This document shows positions 21,771-30,490 of a DNA stretch of 64,000 bases, in pieces. Source of the stretch: an uncultured Acidobacteriota bacterium (GTDB lineage: Bacteria; Acidobacteriota; UBA6911). The stretch covers positions 119,979-183,978 of the forward strand of contig CAWHCF010000052.1 in the NCBI GenBank assembly GCA_963827655.1. The letters run 5' to 3'. The stretch's first letter is position 1, and the number at the start of each line of letters is the position of its first letter. A model generated the notes under the pieces. The model searched no databases. It was not told the DNA's origin and worked only from the letters and a program-made list of their open reading frames with translations. The position numbers and the translations under genes are program-made.

Positions 21771-22810
21771 TGGGCCGATACGACTGCGTTGTACTGTTCA
21801 ACGAAGCTACGATTGAAGAAATCGAGGGCTCGCAGGAAAAGACGTACCCCTCGACGGTTCTGCGCGAAGAAGTAACCGCGATCGAGGAAGTCCTCCGCGA
21901 AGGGGGATTTAATCCTTACGTTTTCGCGGTCGAGAGTTTTTCCAAAGAATTCGTTCAGACCCTCTCGAAGCTCTCTCCCAAGTTTGTCTTCAACCTCTGT
22001 GAGCAGCTCAACGGAAAACCTGAGCTCGAGATGTGCGTGGCCGGGCTTCTGGACCTCATGGCAATACCGTACACGGGATCCGGGCCGCTCACGCTGGGAT
22101 TGGCTCTGAGCAAACATCAGGTCAAACCGATGCTGCGCGCCGCCGGCATCGCCAGCGCAAGAGGCTATGTGCTTGCCCGCGGCCAGAAACCTGATCGTCG
22201 TTGGGCGCGCTTCCCGGTCATCGTCAAGCCGGCGCACGAGGACGGCAGCCTCGGAATCAACTCCAGTTCGGTTTGTTACGATTTTGCGCAACTCGAAAAA
22301 CAAGCCGCGTACATCCATGAGATTTACGTCCAGGAGGCCCTGATAGAAGAGTATCTGGACGGTAGAGAGTTTAATGTCTCTGTCCTGGGGGATCGCGCGC
22401 CTGAGGTTCTTGCCATTTCGGAAATCGATTTCAGCGGCATGCCGGAGGATGAACCCAAGATTGTCAGCTATCGGGGCAAGTGGGACGAGGAAAGCCCGAT
22501 GTATCGAGGCACGGTGCCAATCTGCCCCGCCATCCTTTCCAAGCGCTTCGAGAATCGCATCAAGGACATCGCGCTGCGCAGTTACAAGTGTGTGGGCTGC
22601 CGCGACTACGCGCGTATTGATATGCGCACGGATGCGGAGGGGCGGCTCCACGTCTTAGAGGTAAATCCCAATCCGGACATTTCACCCGTGGCAGGTTTCG
22701 CGCGCGCAGCCAAGGTGGCGGGTTACTCCTACTCGGACATCATACTGCGGATCAGTCAATTTGCCATCGAGCGAGGTGCAACCATCGCATCAACCGTGTA
22801 TGCGTTCTAG
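21770..22810 (+). CDS. D-Ala-D-Ala ligase-like ATP-grasp enzyme 2
   Basis: VFNLCE, KPAHEDGSLGI, GREFNV, YARIDMR, EVNPNPD; TGATG coupling to the upstream gene. Confidence 0.9.
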   Translation: MGRYDCVVLFNEATIEEIEGSQEKTYPSTVLREEVTAIEEVLREGGFNPYVFAVESFSKEFVQTLSKLSPKFVFNLCEQLNGKPELEMCVAGLLDLMAIPYTGSGPLTLGLALSKHQVKPMLRAAGIASARGYVLARGQKPDRRWARFPVIVKPAHEDGSLGINSSSVCYDFAQLEKQAAYIHEIYVQEALIEEYLDGREFNVSVLGDRAPEVLAISEIDFSGMPEDEPKIVSYRGKWDEESPMYRGTVPICPAILSKRFENRIKDIALRSYKCVGCRDYARIDMRTDAEGRLHVLEVNPNPDISPVAGFARAAKVAGYSYSDIILRISQFAIERGATIASTVYAF

Positions 22811-23303
22811 TCGCCAGCGGCCAATCGCGATCAGGCCGCTGACCTCCCTGGATCGACCTGCTGTTTCGGAGATCGTCACGCTGGTCGGAAACTTCAATCA
22901 GGCCGAAATCGACTGTGCGCTGGAATTGATCGACATCTATCTCCGGGATGTCGGCCAGCGCGACTACAGAGTGGTGGTGGCCGAAGATTCCGGACCTCTC
23001 GTACAGTCTTATGCCTGCTGGGGTCCCACTCCGCTCACTCGCGGCACCTATGACCTCTACTGGATTGCAACACACCCGAATGCTCAGGGAAAAGGGTTTG
23101 GCCGCGCGCTGATGTCTTTCGTGGAGGTCAGCGTGGAACACGAAGGCGGCCGGCTCCTGGTCGTAGAAACATCCTCCAAGGAATCATATGGAAGTACTGC
23201 CGCGTTTTATCGAAGCCTCGGGTATGAACAGGCGTCGCGCATCCGAGACTTCTATGACATGGGCGACGACAAGTTGACTTTTGTGAAGCGATTTCCCCGG
23301 TAA
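22800..23303 (+). CDS. GNAT N-acetyltransferase
   Basis: YDLYWIATHPNAQGKGFGRAL acetyl-CoA motif, FYRSLGY. Confidence 0.9.
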   Translation: MRSSRQRPIAIRPLTSLDRPAVSEIVTLVGNFNQAEIDCALELIDIYLRDVGQRDYRVVVAEDSGPLVQSYACWGPTPLTRGTYDLYWIATHPNAQGKGFGRALMSFVEVSVEHEGGRLLVVETSSKESYGSTAAFYRSLGYEQASRIRDFYDMGDDKLTFVKRFPR

Positions 23304-23318
23304 GGAGACCGTACGACA

Positions 23319-24404
23319 ATGGAACAATGGATGCTTGATCTCAGGAACAGCGTCACCAAGGGAGAGACTGTCAGCGAAGACTATGACGCCGACATAGGAA
23401 GCATCAACGAGGTGCGGAAGGTCTATCCCATGCGGATCCCACGTTACTACTACAACCTGATCCAGGAAAAGGGCGATCCTATCTGGCTGCAGTCGGTGCC
23501 TGCCGCCCAGGAATCGCAAGACGAACAAGCGCCGGAAGACCCTCTCCACGAGGACGCAGACAGTCCGGTTCCGCGTCTCACCCATCGCTATCCCGATCGC
23601 GTTCTCTTTCTAATCACCGATCGCTGTCCCATGTACTGCCGGTTCTGCACACGCAAGCGCATGGTCGGTCGCGCCAGTGACATTACGGAAAAGACGATCG
23701 AAATGGGAATCGAGTATATTCGCCGACATCCGGAAATTCGGGACGTCCTGCTCTCGGGAGGCGATCCGTTGATGGTCAGCGACGCCAAGCTCGAGCATAT
23801 CGTCTCCAGCCTGCGCGCGATTCCGCACCTTCAAGTCATTCGTATCGGTACGAAATTTCCCTGCGTTCTACCCAGCCGGATCACGGATAACCTTTGCAAC
23901 ATGCTGAAGAAGTATCATCCGATCTATGTGAATACCCACTTCAATCATCCGCGAGAAATCACGCCGGAAGCAAAGGAGGCCTGCGAGCGGCTGGTCAACG
24001 CCGGCATTCCTGTGGGTTGTCAAACCGTGCTCATGAAGGGAGTCAACGATGATCCGGCGGTCATGAAGGATTTGATGCACAAGCTGCTCATGATGCGCGT
24101 GCGCCCCTATTATCTTTACCAGGCCGACCTGACGCGCGGAACCAATCACTTCAGAACCCGCGTCGAAGTGGGATTGCAGATCATTCAAGCCTTGCGCGGC
24201 CACACTACCGGTTTTGCCGTTCCTCAGTTCGTCATCGACGCTCCCGGCGGCGGGGGAAAGATACCGCTGATGCCGGAGTATGTTCAGAAGTTCGACGAGA
24301 AGGAAATCGTCCTGAAGAACTTCGAGGGTAAAGAGTACCGCTACCCCCAGGTCAGTGACGAGTACGTCAGGGACGCGCGCGAAATGGAATTGATCAACTT
24401 CTAG
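23319..24404 (+). CDS. KamA-family radical SAM aminomutase (lysine 2,3-aminomutase-like)
   Basis: THRYPDR, CPMYCRFCTRKR, SGGDPL, HFNHPRE, DAPGGGGK. Confidence 0.93.
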   Translation: MEQWMLDLRNSVTKGETVSEDYDADIGSINEVRKVYPMRIPRYYYNLIQEKGDPIWLQSVPAAQESQDEQAPEDPLHEDADSPVPRLTHRYPDRVLFLITDRCPMYCRFCTRKRMVGRASDITEKTIEMGIEYIRRHPEIRDVLLSGGDPLMVSDAKLEHIVSSLRAIPHLQVIRIGTKFPCVLPSRITDNLCNMLKKYHPIYVNTHFNHPREITPEAKEACERLVNAGIPVGCQTVLMKGVNDDPAVMKDLMHKLLMMRVRPYYLYQADLTRGTNHFRTRVEVGLQIIQALRGHTTGFAVPQFVIDAPGGGGKIPLMPEYVQKFDEKEIVLKNFEGKEYRYPQVSDEYVRDAREMELINF

Positions 24405-24636
24405 GGTTCGCGCAGAAATAAGTTCGCATTCTGCTGCAGGCCCCCAGGCCCGCTGGCGAGGCGCGAGCGACGATGCGTACCCGGCGCGGTACGTGAGGAG
24501 CGAGCAACAAAGCCAGCGGGCCTGCGGGCCGCAGCCCGAAGGGGCGCGATCCTAGCGTAATTGGCTGACAGAAAACCGGTTCATGATTGACCGCCGACTC
24601 TCGCGCCAGAATGTGAAGTTATTTGTGCGCGAGCCC
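24404..24636 (+). mobile_element. MITE copy 3
   Basis: CTA|GGGTTCGCGCAGAAATAAG...TGTGCGCGAGCCC|TAG; left end overlaps the kamA stop codon. Confidence 0.92.
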
Positions 24637-24649
24637 TAGGGGGGGTCGG

Positions 24650-25429
24650 ATGAAAGTTGCGGCCGTCATCCCGGCCCGGATGCAATCGGCCAGGTTGCCT
24701 GGGAAGCCGCTTCAACTGATCTCGGGCGTTCCCATGATTCTTCGAGTCCTTGACCGGGCCCGGGCCTGCCCGGAGTTGCATCGGATCATAGTGGCGACGG
24801 ACAGCGAAGAAATTCTTCGCGTGGTCGAGGAGAATGGGGGCGAAGCATGGATGACTTCTCCTGAGCACCGGACGGGGTCCGATCGCGTCGCTGAAGTTGC
24901 CGAAAGGCTCGACGAGGACCTGATCCTGAATCTGCAAGGGGATGAGCCGCTCCTTCCCATCTCTACCGTTCGCGCTCTGGTAAACCATGGGCTCGCGCGC
25001 GAAGGATTGACCATGGCTACCGCGGTAATTCCACTTCGCTGGGAGCGCGATGTGGTCAATCCCAACATTGTGAAAGCGGTGGGCACGCAAGAGGGAAGGG
25101 CTCTCTATTTTTCCCGGTACCCGATTCCTTATTGCAAGTCGAAGCCGCTGGATCTGACCGCAGGTCCGCATTCGCAGCGCGCCTGCGCGGGTTACTTCAA
25201 GCATATCGGAATCTATCTGTATCGCCGGGACTTCCTGCTGAAGTATATAAGGCTGGCTCCCACTCCTCTCGAGATCGCGGAATCACTCGAACAGCTTCGC
25301 ATCCTGGAAAACGGATATCCGATCGATCTGGTCACGGTCGCCGAGGATTCGGTGAGCGTGGACACGGCGGAAGATCTCGCGATTGTTGAGGCTCTGATCA
25401 AGAGCTGCGAGAAAAACTCGACCGCCTAA
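24650..25429 (+). CDS. kdsB: 3-deoxy-manno-octulosonate cytidylyltransferase
   Basis: IPARMQSARLPGKPL, NLQGDEP, ALYFSR, ESLEQLR. Confidence 0.96.
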   Translation: MKVAAVIPARMQSARLPGKPLQLISGVPMILRVLDRARACPELHRIIVATDSEEILRVVEENGGEAWMTSPEHRTGSDRVAEVAERLDEDLILNLQGDEPLLPISTVRALVNHGLAREGLTMATAVIPLRWERDVVNPNIVKAVGTQEGRALYFSRYPIPYCKSKPLDLTAGPHSQRACAGYFKHIGIYLYRRDFLLKYIRLAPTPLEIAESLEQLRILENGYPIDLVTVAEDSVSVDTAEDLAIVEALIKSCEKNSTA

Positions 25430-25458
25430 GCGTTTCGGTCAACCTGTCGCGGTTGACC

Positions 25459-25487
25459 TTGCACTCAAGCGGTTCGGTCTGTAATCT
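25459..25487 (+). promoter_or_regulatory. Sigma70-type promoter of pyrG
   Basis: TTGCAC-N17-TAATCT. Confidence 0.5.
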
Positions 25488-25521
25488 GTTCAGTTCGGCT
25501 TGAGTGAAGTCAGGAGGCACG

Positions 25522-27171
25522 ATGAAATACATCTTTGTAACCGGGGGCGTCCTCTCATCGCTGGGAAAAGGGCTGGCCAGCGCGTCTATCGGCAGCCTGC
25601 TTGAAGCCCGGGGGATCAAGATCAACTTTTTGAAGCTCGATCCTTACATCAACGTGGATCCCGGGACCATGAGCCCGTTCCAGCACGGCGAGGTGTTCGT
25701 CACCGATGACGGAGCCGAAACCGACCTCGATCTCGGCCACTACGAACGCTTCACCAACGTTCGCCTTACCCGAGACAACAACTCAACCACCGGCAAGATC
25801 TACCAGACGGTCATCGAAAAAGAGCGCAAGGGAGAGTACCTGGGCAAGACAGTTCAGGTGATTCCTCATATTACTAATGAGATCAAGAGCACAATTCGCA
25901 AGGTGGCGTCGGATGTCGACGTGGCGATCGTAGAAATCGGCGGGACGGTAGGCGATATCGAGAGTCTCCCTTTTCTCGAATCTATCCGCCAGATGCGCAA
26001 TGAAGTTGGACGAGAGAGTTCCATCTTCGTTCATTTGACCCTGGTGCCGTTCATCCCCACTTCACGCGAGCTGAAGACAAAACCTACTCAGCACAGCGTT
26101 AAAGAGCTTCGAGAGATCGGTATTCAGCCCGACATCATTCTTTGCCGGACCGACCGGCTTCTCCCGCGTGACATCAAGGCCAAGATAGCACTCTTCTGCA
26201 ACGTCTCTGAAAAAGAGGTCATAACGGCCCTGGATGTCCAGAACATCTATCAAGTCCCTCTGGTGCTTCACAGCGAAGGTCTGGACAATGCCATCGTCCA
26301 ACGTTTAGGCCTTCAGGTTTCTGAACCCGACCTGAGCCGCTGGGAGAATCTGCTGCATCTGGATCGAAATCCGAAGGACACGGTGCGGATCGGGATCGTG
26401 GGTAAATATGTCGAGTACGAGGACTCGTATAAGAGTCTCAACGAGGCCCTCGATCACGGAGGGTTGGCCAATCAGGTCCGGGTCCAGATCAAGTGGATTG
26501 AATCTGAGAGCCTGATGGATGAAACGCTCGATGAGCAGCTGGCGGGCTACCACGCGATTCTGGTTCCTGGAGGATTCGGCAAGCGGGGAATCGACGGCAT
26601 GCTGCGCGCCATCCGGTACGTTCGCACCCGTAAGATCCCATATTTCGGCATTTGCCTGGGGATGGAATGCGCCGTGATCGAGTTCGCGCGCAGCGTCTGC
26701 GGTCTGCAGGCGGACAGCTCGGAGTTTGATCCTTCGGCGCCTCATCGAGTTTTCTACATGTTGCGCGAACTCCTCGGTTCGGACATCATGGGCGGCAATA
26801 TGCGGCTGGGTGCGTTCCCCTGCGTGCTGGAAGAGGGATCCCTGGCGCGCGAAATCTACCAGAAAAGAGAGATCTCGGAGCGCCATCGCCATCGCTACGA
26901 ATTCAATCGGGAGTACGAAAAGATTCTAGCCAGTTATGGAATGCGGTTCAGCGGAAATTCTCCCGACCGCAACTTCGTCGAGATGATCGAACTTCCGGAA
27001 CACCCGTGGTTCCTGGGATGCCAGTTTCACCCGGAGTTCAAGTCCAAGCCCTTTCAACCTCATCCTTTGTTTGCCGGTTTCGTGAAGGCCGCCTACCAGC
27101 GAAAACTTCAGGTCGACCAGGTGGTGCGCCGTGAGTTTGACGTTCAGACGCGGACGTCGGTTCGCGCCTGA
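25522..27171 (+). CDS. pyrG: CTP synthase
   Basis: [27 protein letters not shown]. Confidence 0.98.
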   Translation: MKYIFVTGGVLSSLGKGLASASIGSLLEARGIKINFLKLDPYINVDPGTMSPFQHGEVFVTDDGAETDLDLGHYERFTNVRLTRDNNSTTGKIYQTVIEKERKGEYLGKTVQVIPHITNEIKSTIRKVASDVDVAIVEIGGTVGDIESLPFLESIRQMRNEVGRESSIFVHLTLVPFIPTSRELKTKPTQHSVKELREIGIQPDIILCRTDRLLPRDIKAKIALFCNVSEKEVITALDVQNIYQVPLVLHSEGLDNAIVQRLGLQVSEPDLSRWENLLHLDRNPKDTVRIGIVGKYVEYEDSYKSLNEALDHGGLANQVRVQIKWIESESLMDETLDEQLAGYHAILVPGGFGKRGIDGMLRAIRYVRTRKIPYFGICLGMECAVIEFARSVCGLQADSSEFDPSAPHRVFYMLRELLGSDIMGGNMRLGAFPCVLEEGSLAREIYQKREISERHRHRYEFNREYEKILASYGMRFSGNSPDRNFVEMIELPEHPWFLGCQFHPEFKSKPFQPHPLFAGFVKAAYQRKLQVDQVVRREFDVQTRTSVRA

Positions 27172-27485
27172 CCTTCTCCCATGGCTTCGCCGCGGCAGGA
27201 GCCGGCGCCCCAGGCTCTCAAGTCTGGGTTTTCGGTTCACCCTCTCCAATCGTATTCCTGCTCCGACACTGGCTCTTCCGGATGGTTTCGGGCGACGCGC
27301 TGGATACCACTGCATAGTAGGCGGTTCGAAAAGCTCCGGGGGGCTACCGGCTCCTGATGGCGTTGAGACTTGATCGTCACGAGATACATCGCCCGAGAAG
27401 GAAGGGTAATGAGAGTTCAGCTGGATTCGATGATGCCCATGATGCTCGCAACCTTATCAACTCGATTCCACCGACGGAGGAATGC

Positions 27486-28202
27486 ATGGTCGACGATGCG
27501 GTCCTTGCGATGAAGAAGGCGGCGGGCGAGGCCGCCGCGCGGCGCGTCCAGTCCGGAATGCTGGTGGGGCTGGGCACCGGGTCCACCGCGATCCACGCGA
27601 TCCACTGTCTCGGCCAGCGGCTGCGCGATCGTGAGCTGCGCGAGATCCGCGGCATTCCGACGTCGTTTCAGTCGAGCGTGCTCGCGCGCGAGCTTCGTAT
27701 CCCGCTCGCGTCGCTCGACGAGGTCGACAGGATCGACGTCGCTATTGACGGCGCCGACGAGGTCGCTCCCGACCTCACCCTGATCAAGGGCGGCGGCGCC
27801 GCTCACACGCGCGAGAAGATCGTCGACTCCCTCGCTGACGAGTTCATCGTCGTGGTCGACGAGACCAAGCTCGTCGACAAGCTCGGCTCCAAGTCCCCGG
27901 TCCCGGTCGAGGTCGTGCCGTTTGGGCTCGTGCCGGTCCTGCATGCGCTCGAGCGCCTCGGCGGCGTGCCAGAGCTGCGCATGGGGGTGCGCAAGGCCGG
28001 TCCGGTCGTGACCGATCAGGGCAACTTCGTCGTCGATGTGAAGTTCGACTCGATTCCCGATCCGGCGGGGCTCGAGCGCACAATCAACAACATCCCGGGG
28101 GTGCTGGAGAACGGACTGTTCGTGGGCGTCGCGCACCGCGTGCTGTTCGGCGCGCTGGAAAACGGCAAGCCGGTCGTGCGCGAACGCGTCCGCAGCCAAT
28201 AG
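27486..28202 (+). CDS. rpiA: Ribose-5-phosphate isomerase A
   Basis: [30 protein letters not shown]. Confidence 0.95.
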   Translation: MVDDAVLAMKKAAGEAAARRVQSGMLVGLGTGSTAIHAIHCLGQRLRDRELREIRGIPTSFQSSVLARELRIPLASLDEVDRIDVAIDGADEVAPDLTLIKGGGAAHTREKIVDSLADEFIVVVDETKLVDKLGSKSPVPVEVVPFGLVPVLHALERLGGVPELRMGVRKAGPVVTDQGNFVVDVKFDSIPDPAGLERTINNIPGVLENGLFVGVAHRVLFGALENGKPVVRERVRSQ

Positions 28203-28214
28203 GCAGCTCGCGCT

Positions 28215-29642
28215 CTATCGTTTGCTCGCACCCTGCGCAGGTTGTACGCTGGTTTTTCCTCCGCGAAGGGCAATCTGCCCCTGGCGCGTGAAATTGATCG
28301 ATTCGCCCAGTATGCGCACCGCTTCCTGCGGCGCATGGAATCCGTTGGAATTCTCTGCCTCGACGAAATCGAGATAGAACTGCGCCTTGCGCTGAAACTG
28401 CTGGGCCTCCGCAAGCTCCGTATCCGACTTGGCCGCAGCTTTCGCGGCTTTTAGGTCGCTGATCAAATCCATCAATGCGTCCATCGCCAGGTTGCGCAAT
28501 TTGAAAGTCCGCTCCTGAATCGCCTCGACTCGCGCCTTCAACTCTTCTTCGGGCCATCTGTGGCAGGTCTGGCACGAACGATTGATATTCAAAAGAGGCG
28601 AGCGGACATGATGGTCGCTGATTTTGAGGCCGCCTTCCCGCTTGTAAGGCATGTGACAGTCGGCGCAGGCCACGCCCGAACGCGAGTGAATGCCCTGATT
28701 CCAGAGCTCGAACTCGGGGTGTTGAGCCTTGAGCACGGGAGCTCCTGTGTCGGCATGAACCCAGTCGCGGAATTTCTCCTCCTCGTAGTAGGCCAGGATG
28801 TCATCTATCTTGAGACCCTTGGACCAGGGATAGACCAGCCGTTTTTCAGGACCCCTGAAATAATATTCGACGTGGCATTGACCGCATACGAAGGTGCGCA
28901 TCTCCTGGCGGGTGGCCTGCTGGTTGACGTCGTAGTTCTGAACGCCCTGGGAACCCCTCAAGGCGCGAATCCCTTCGATGAATCCCGGACGAGTGACGCG
29001 AAGCTGCATGGTCGAGGGGTCGTGACAGTCGATGCAGGCGATGGGGTGCGAAACCAGCTTGCGCGCTTCGAAATAGGGCATTTGATTCATCCGCTCGAAG
29101 CCTTTGATAAGGTCGCCGCCTCCAAGAGTCTTGTAAGGCACGTAGACCGAAGCGTGGCACTGCACGCAGGCGCCGGGTTGTTTGGCGGCTTGCTGACGCT
29201 CGGTGAATGTCTGGTCGTCGAGCATGTAAGCATGGCCTCGCTCTTCGCGAAAATCTTTGGAGAATGCGTATCCCGCCCACATGATTTTCAGTCGCGGGTC
29301 TTCTTCGATCCTTGATTGCGCGACCACCGAGCGTGGATCTGCCTTGGTAGGAGTAAGCGGCAGCGCTTCGCTGCCGCCGAATCGCGTTCGCACCTGATCC
29401 ACGGTACGCCGGTAGTCGTCGTACTGGAGTGGAAAATTCTTGCCCCACACCTCCGGATCCTGAGTTTCGTCGGTAAGTTCGACGACGCGATAGAATGGAT
29501 TTCGGCTCTCCTGTTTTCGCTCGAATATATTCACGAGCATGGCCGCGCCCCCCAGGGCGGCGACCGCGGCTATGATGGTGGCGGCGAGAACGAAGCGGCG
29601 ATTTCGTTTTCCTGGGTTCGTCTCCTGATTCGGTTCAGTCAT
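28215..29642 (-). CDS. nrfA: Ammonia-forming cytochrome c552 nitrite reductase (CxxCH-type first heme)
   Basis: Five CxxCH motifs (CVQCH, CIDCH, CGQCH, CADCH, CQTCH), RGHAY, CHVEYYF, KAQHPEFE, NSNGFHAP. Confidence 0.94.
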   Translation of the reverse strand: MTEPNQETNPGKRNRRFVLAATIIAAVAALGGAAMLVNIFERKQESRNPFYRVVELTDETQDPEVWGKNFPLQYDDYRRTVDQVRTRFGGSEALPLTPTKADPRSVVAQSRIEEDPRLKIMWAGYAFSKDFREERGHAYMLDDQTFTERQQAAKQPGACVQCHASVYVPYKTLGGGDLIKGFERMNQMPYFEARKLVSHPIACIDCHDPSTMQLRVTRPGFIEGIRALRGSQGVQNYDVNQQATRQEMRTFVCGQCHVEYYFRGPEKRLVYPWSKGLKIDDILAYYEEEKFRDWVHADTGAPVLKAQHPEFELWNQGIHSRSGVACADCHMPYKREGGLKISDHHVRSPLLNINRSCQTCHRWPEEELKARVEAIQERTFKLRNLAMDALMDLISDLKAAKAAAKSDTELAEAQQFQRKAQFYLDFVEAENSNGFHAPQEAVRILGESINFTRQGQIALRGGKTSVQPAQGASKR

Positions 29643-29673
29643 TGTTTCCTCCCCTGGAGCCTGGCGGTTTGCG

Positions 29674-30132
29674 CTAGTGCAAATGACCGACGGAAAGGTG
29701 GCAGCTCACGCACGAAGGCTTTTCTTCTTCACGGTCTGCGTGCAGGCCTTCAAGCGCGACGACAACCTCCTGGTGGCATTTGCGGCAAGCCTGCTCAGTG
29801 ATTTCGCGGCTGTGCGGCTTGATCTGGATATTGTCTTCGTAGCGGCCCGTCGTGAAATAAAATGAATGCCCGAGTCCGTTGCGGGCCTTCGTCGCGTACT
29901 TCCCGAGAAATCCTGCCGGCGTGTGGCAGTCATTACACACCGCGGCCGCGCGGTGCGACGACTTGAGCCAGCCGTCGTACTGCTCGCGCATCACGTGACA
30001 GTTGGCGCAGGCGGCAGCGTTATCCGTGAGGTAAGACCAGCCCTGCGCATAGGCGAACGTGTAAGCGCAGATTCCAACCGCAAAGCCGATTGCGGCGCCC
30101 AGAACTATGCCTTGAACAGCGCGCAGCCTCAT
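29674..30132 (-). CDS. nrfH: Tetraheme cytochrome c nitrite reductase small subunit
   Basis: N-terminal TM helix, CANCH, CNDCH, CRKCH, CVSCH; ATG 30132 with GGAGGG RBS. Confidence 0.92.
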   Translation of the reverse strand: MRLRAVQGIVLGAAIGFAVGICAYTFAYAQGWSYLTDNAAACANCHVMREQYDGWLKSSHRAAAVCNDCHTPAGFLGKYATKARNGLGHSFYFTTGRYEDNIQIKPHSREITEQACRKCHQEVVVALEGLHADREEEKPSCVSCHLSVGHLH

Positions 30133-30145
30133 CCGCCCTCCCTTA

Positions 30146-30205
30146 GGGTTCGCGCAGAAATAAGTTTCGCATTCTTCTGCAGGCCCCCAGACTCGCTGGC
30201 GGCGC
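30146..30205 (+). mobile_element. MITE copy 4, truncated (one TIR plus start of hairpin)
   Basis: TTA|GGGTTCGCGCAGAAATAAGTTTCGCATTC...GGCCCCCAG. Confidence 0.85.
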
Positions 30206-30370
30206 ACATCGGCGCGGAGCGAGACCCGCGCGTGCGGGCGGATGCGAAATTGCGCGAACAGGTCTTCATTGTTCATCAGGTTGTAGAACGGCGTTCTCGC
30301 GTAGATGCGCGGCGTGGGAAGAACTTGAAAGAAAGTTGTGTGATCGTTGTCGGCAGGGTTGCCGGTGTCC
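30206..30370 (-). pseudogene. Fragment of an outer-membrane beta-barrel (alginate-export-like) gene
   Basis: 'DHTTFFQVLPTPRIYARTPFYNLMNNEDLFAQF' resembles such proteins; no own start or stop. Confidence 0.45.
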
Positions 30371-30490
30371 AATTGCACTGCCGCTTCGCATCCCGTAACA
30401 GGATCAGTTCCACCGGGACACCTGGAGACCGTTTCGGCATTGAGAGAGACTTAAGCCCAACCCAAGCGTCCAAGCCGCCCAGGTGCGTCT

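Noticed and set aside
20748-22810. van-type resistance ligases or housekeeping ddl
   Set aside because: No vanH/vanX or dcw context; N-terminal motifs differ and the genes are coupled to GNAT and KamA
23319-24404. EpmB (EF-P modification)
   Set aside because: No efp or epmA adjacent; operon context points to small-molecule synthesis
30133-30378. N-terminal extension of NrfH in the ORF track (start 30378)
   Set aside because: Read-through across a MITE fragment and an unrelated gene remnant; the real start is 30132
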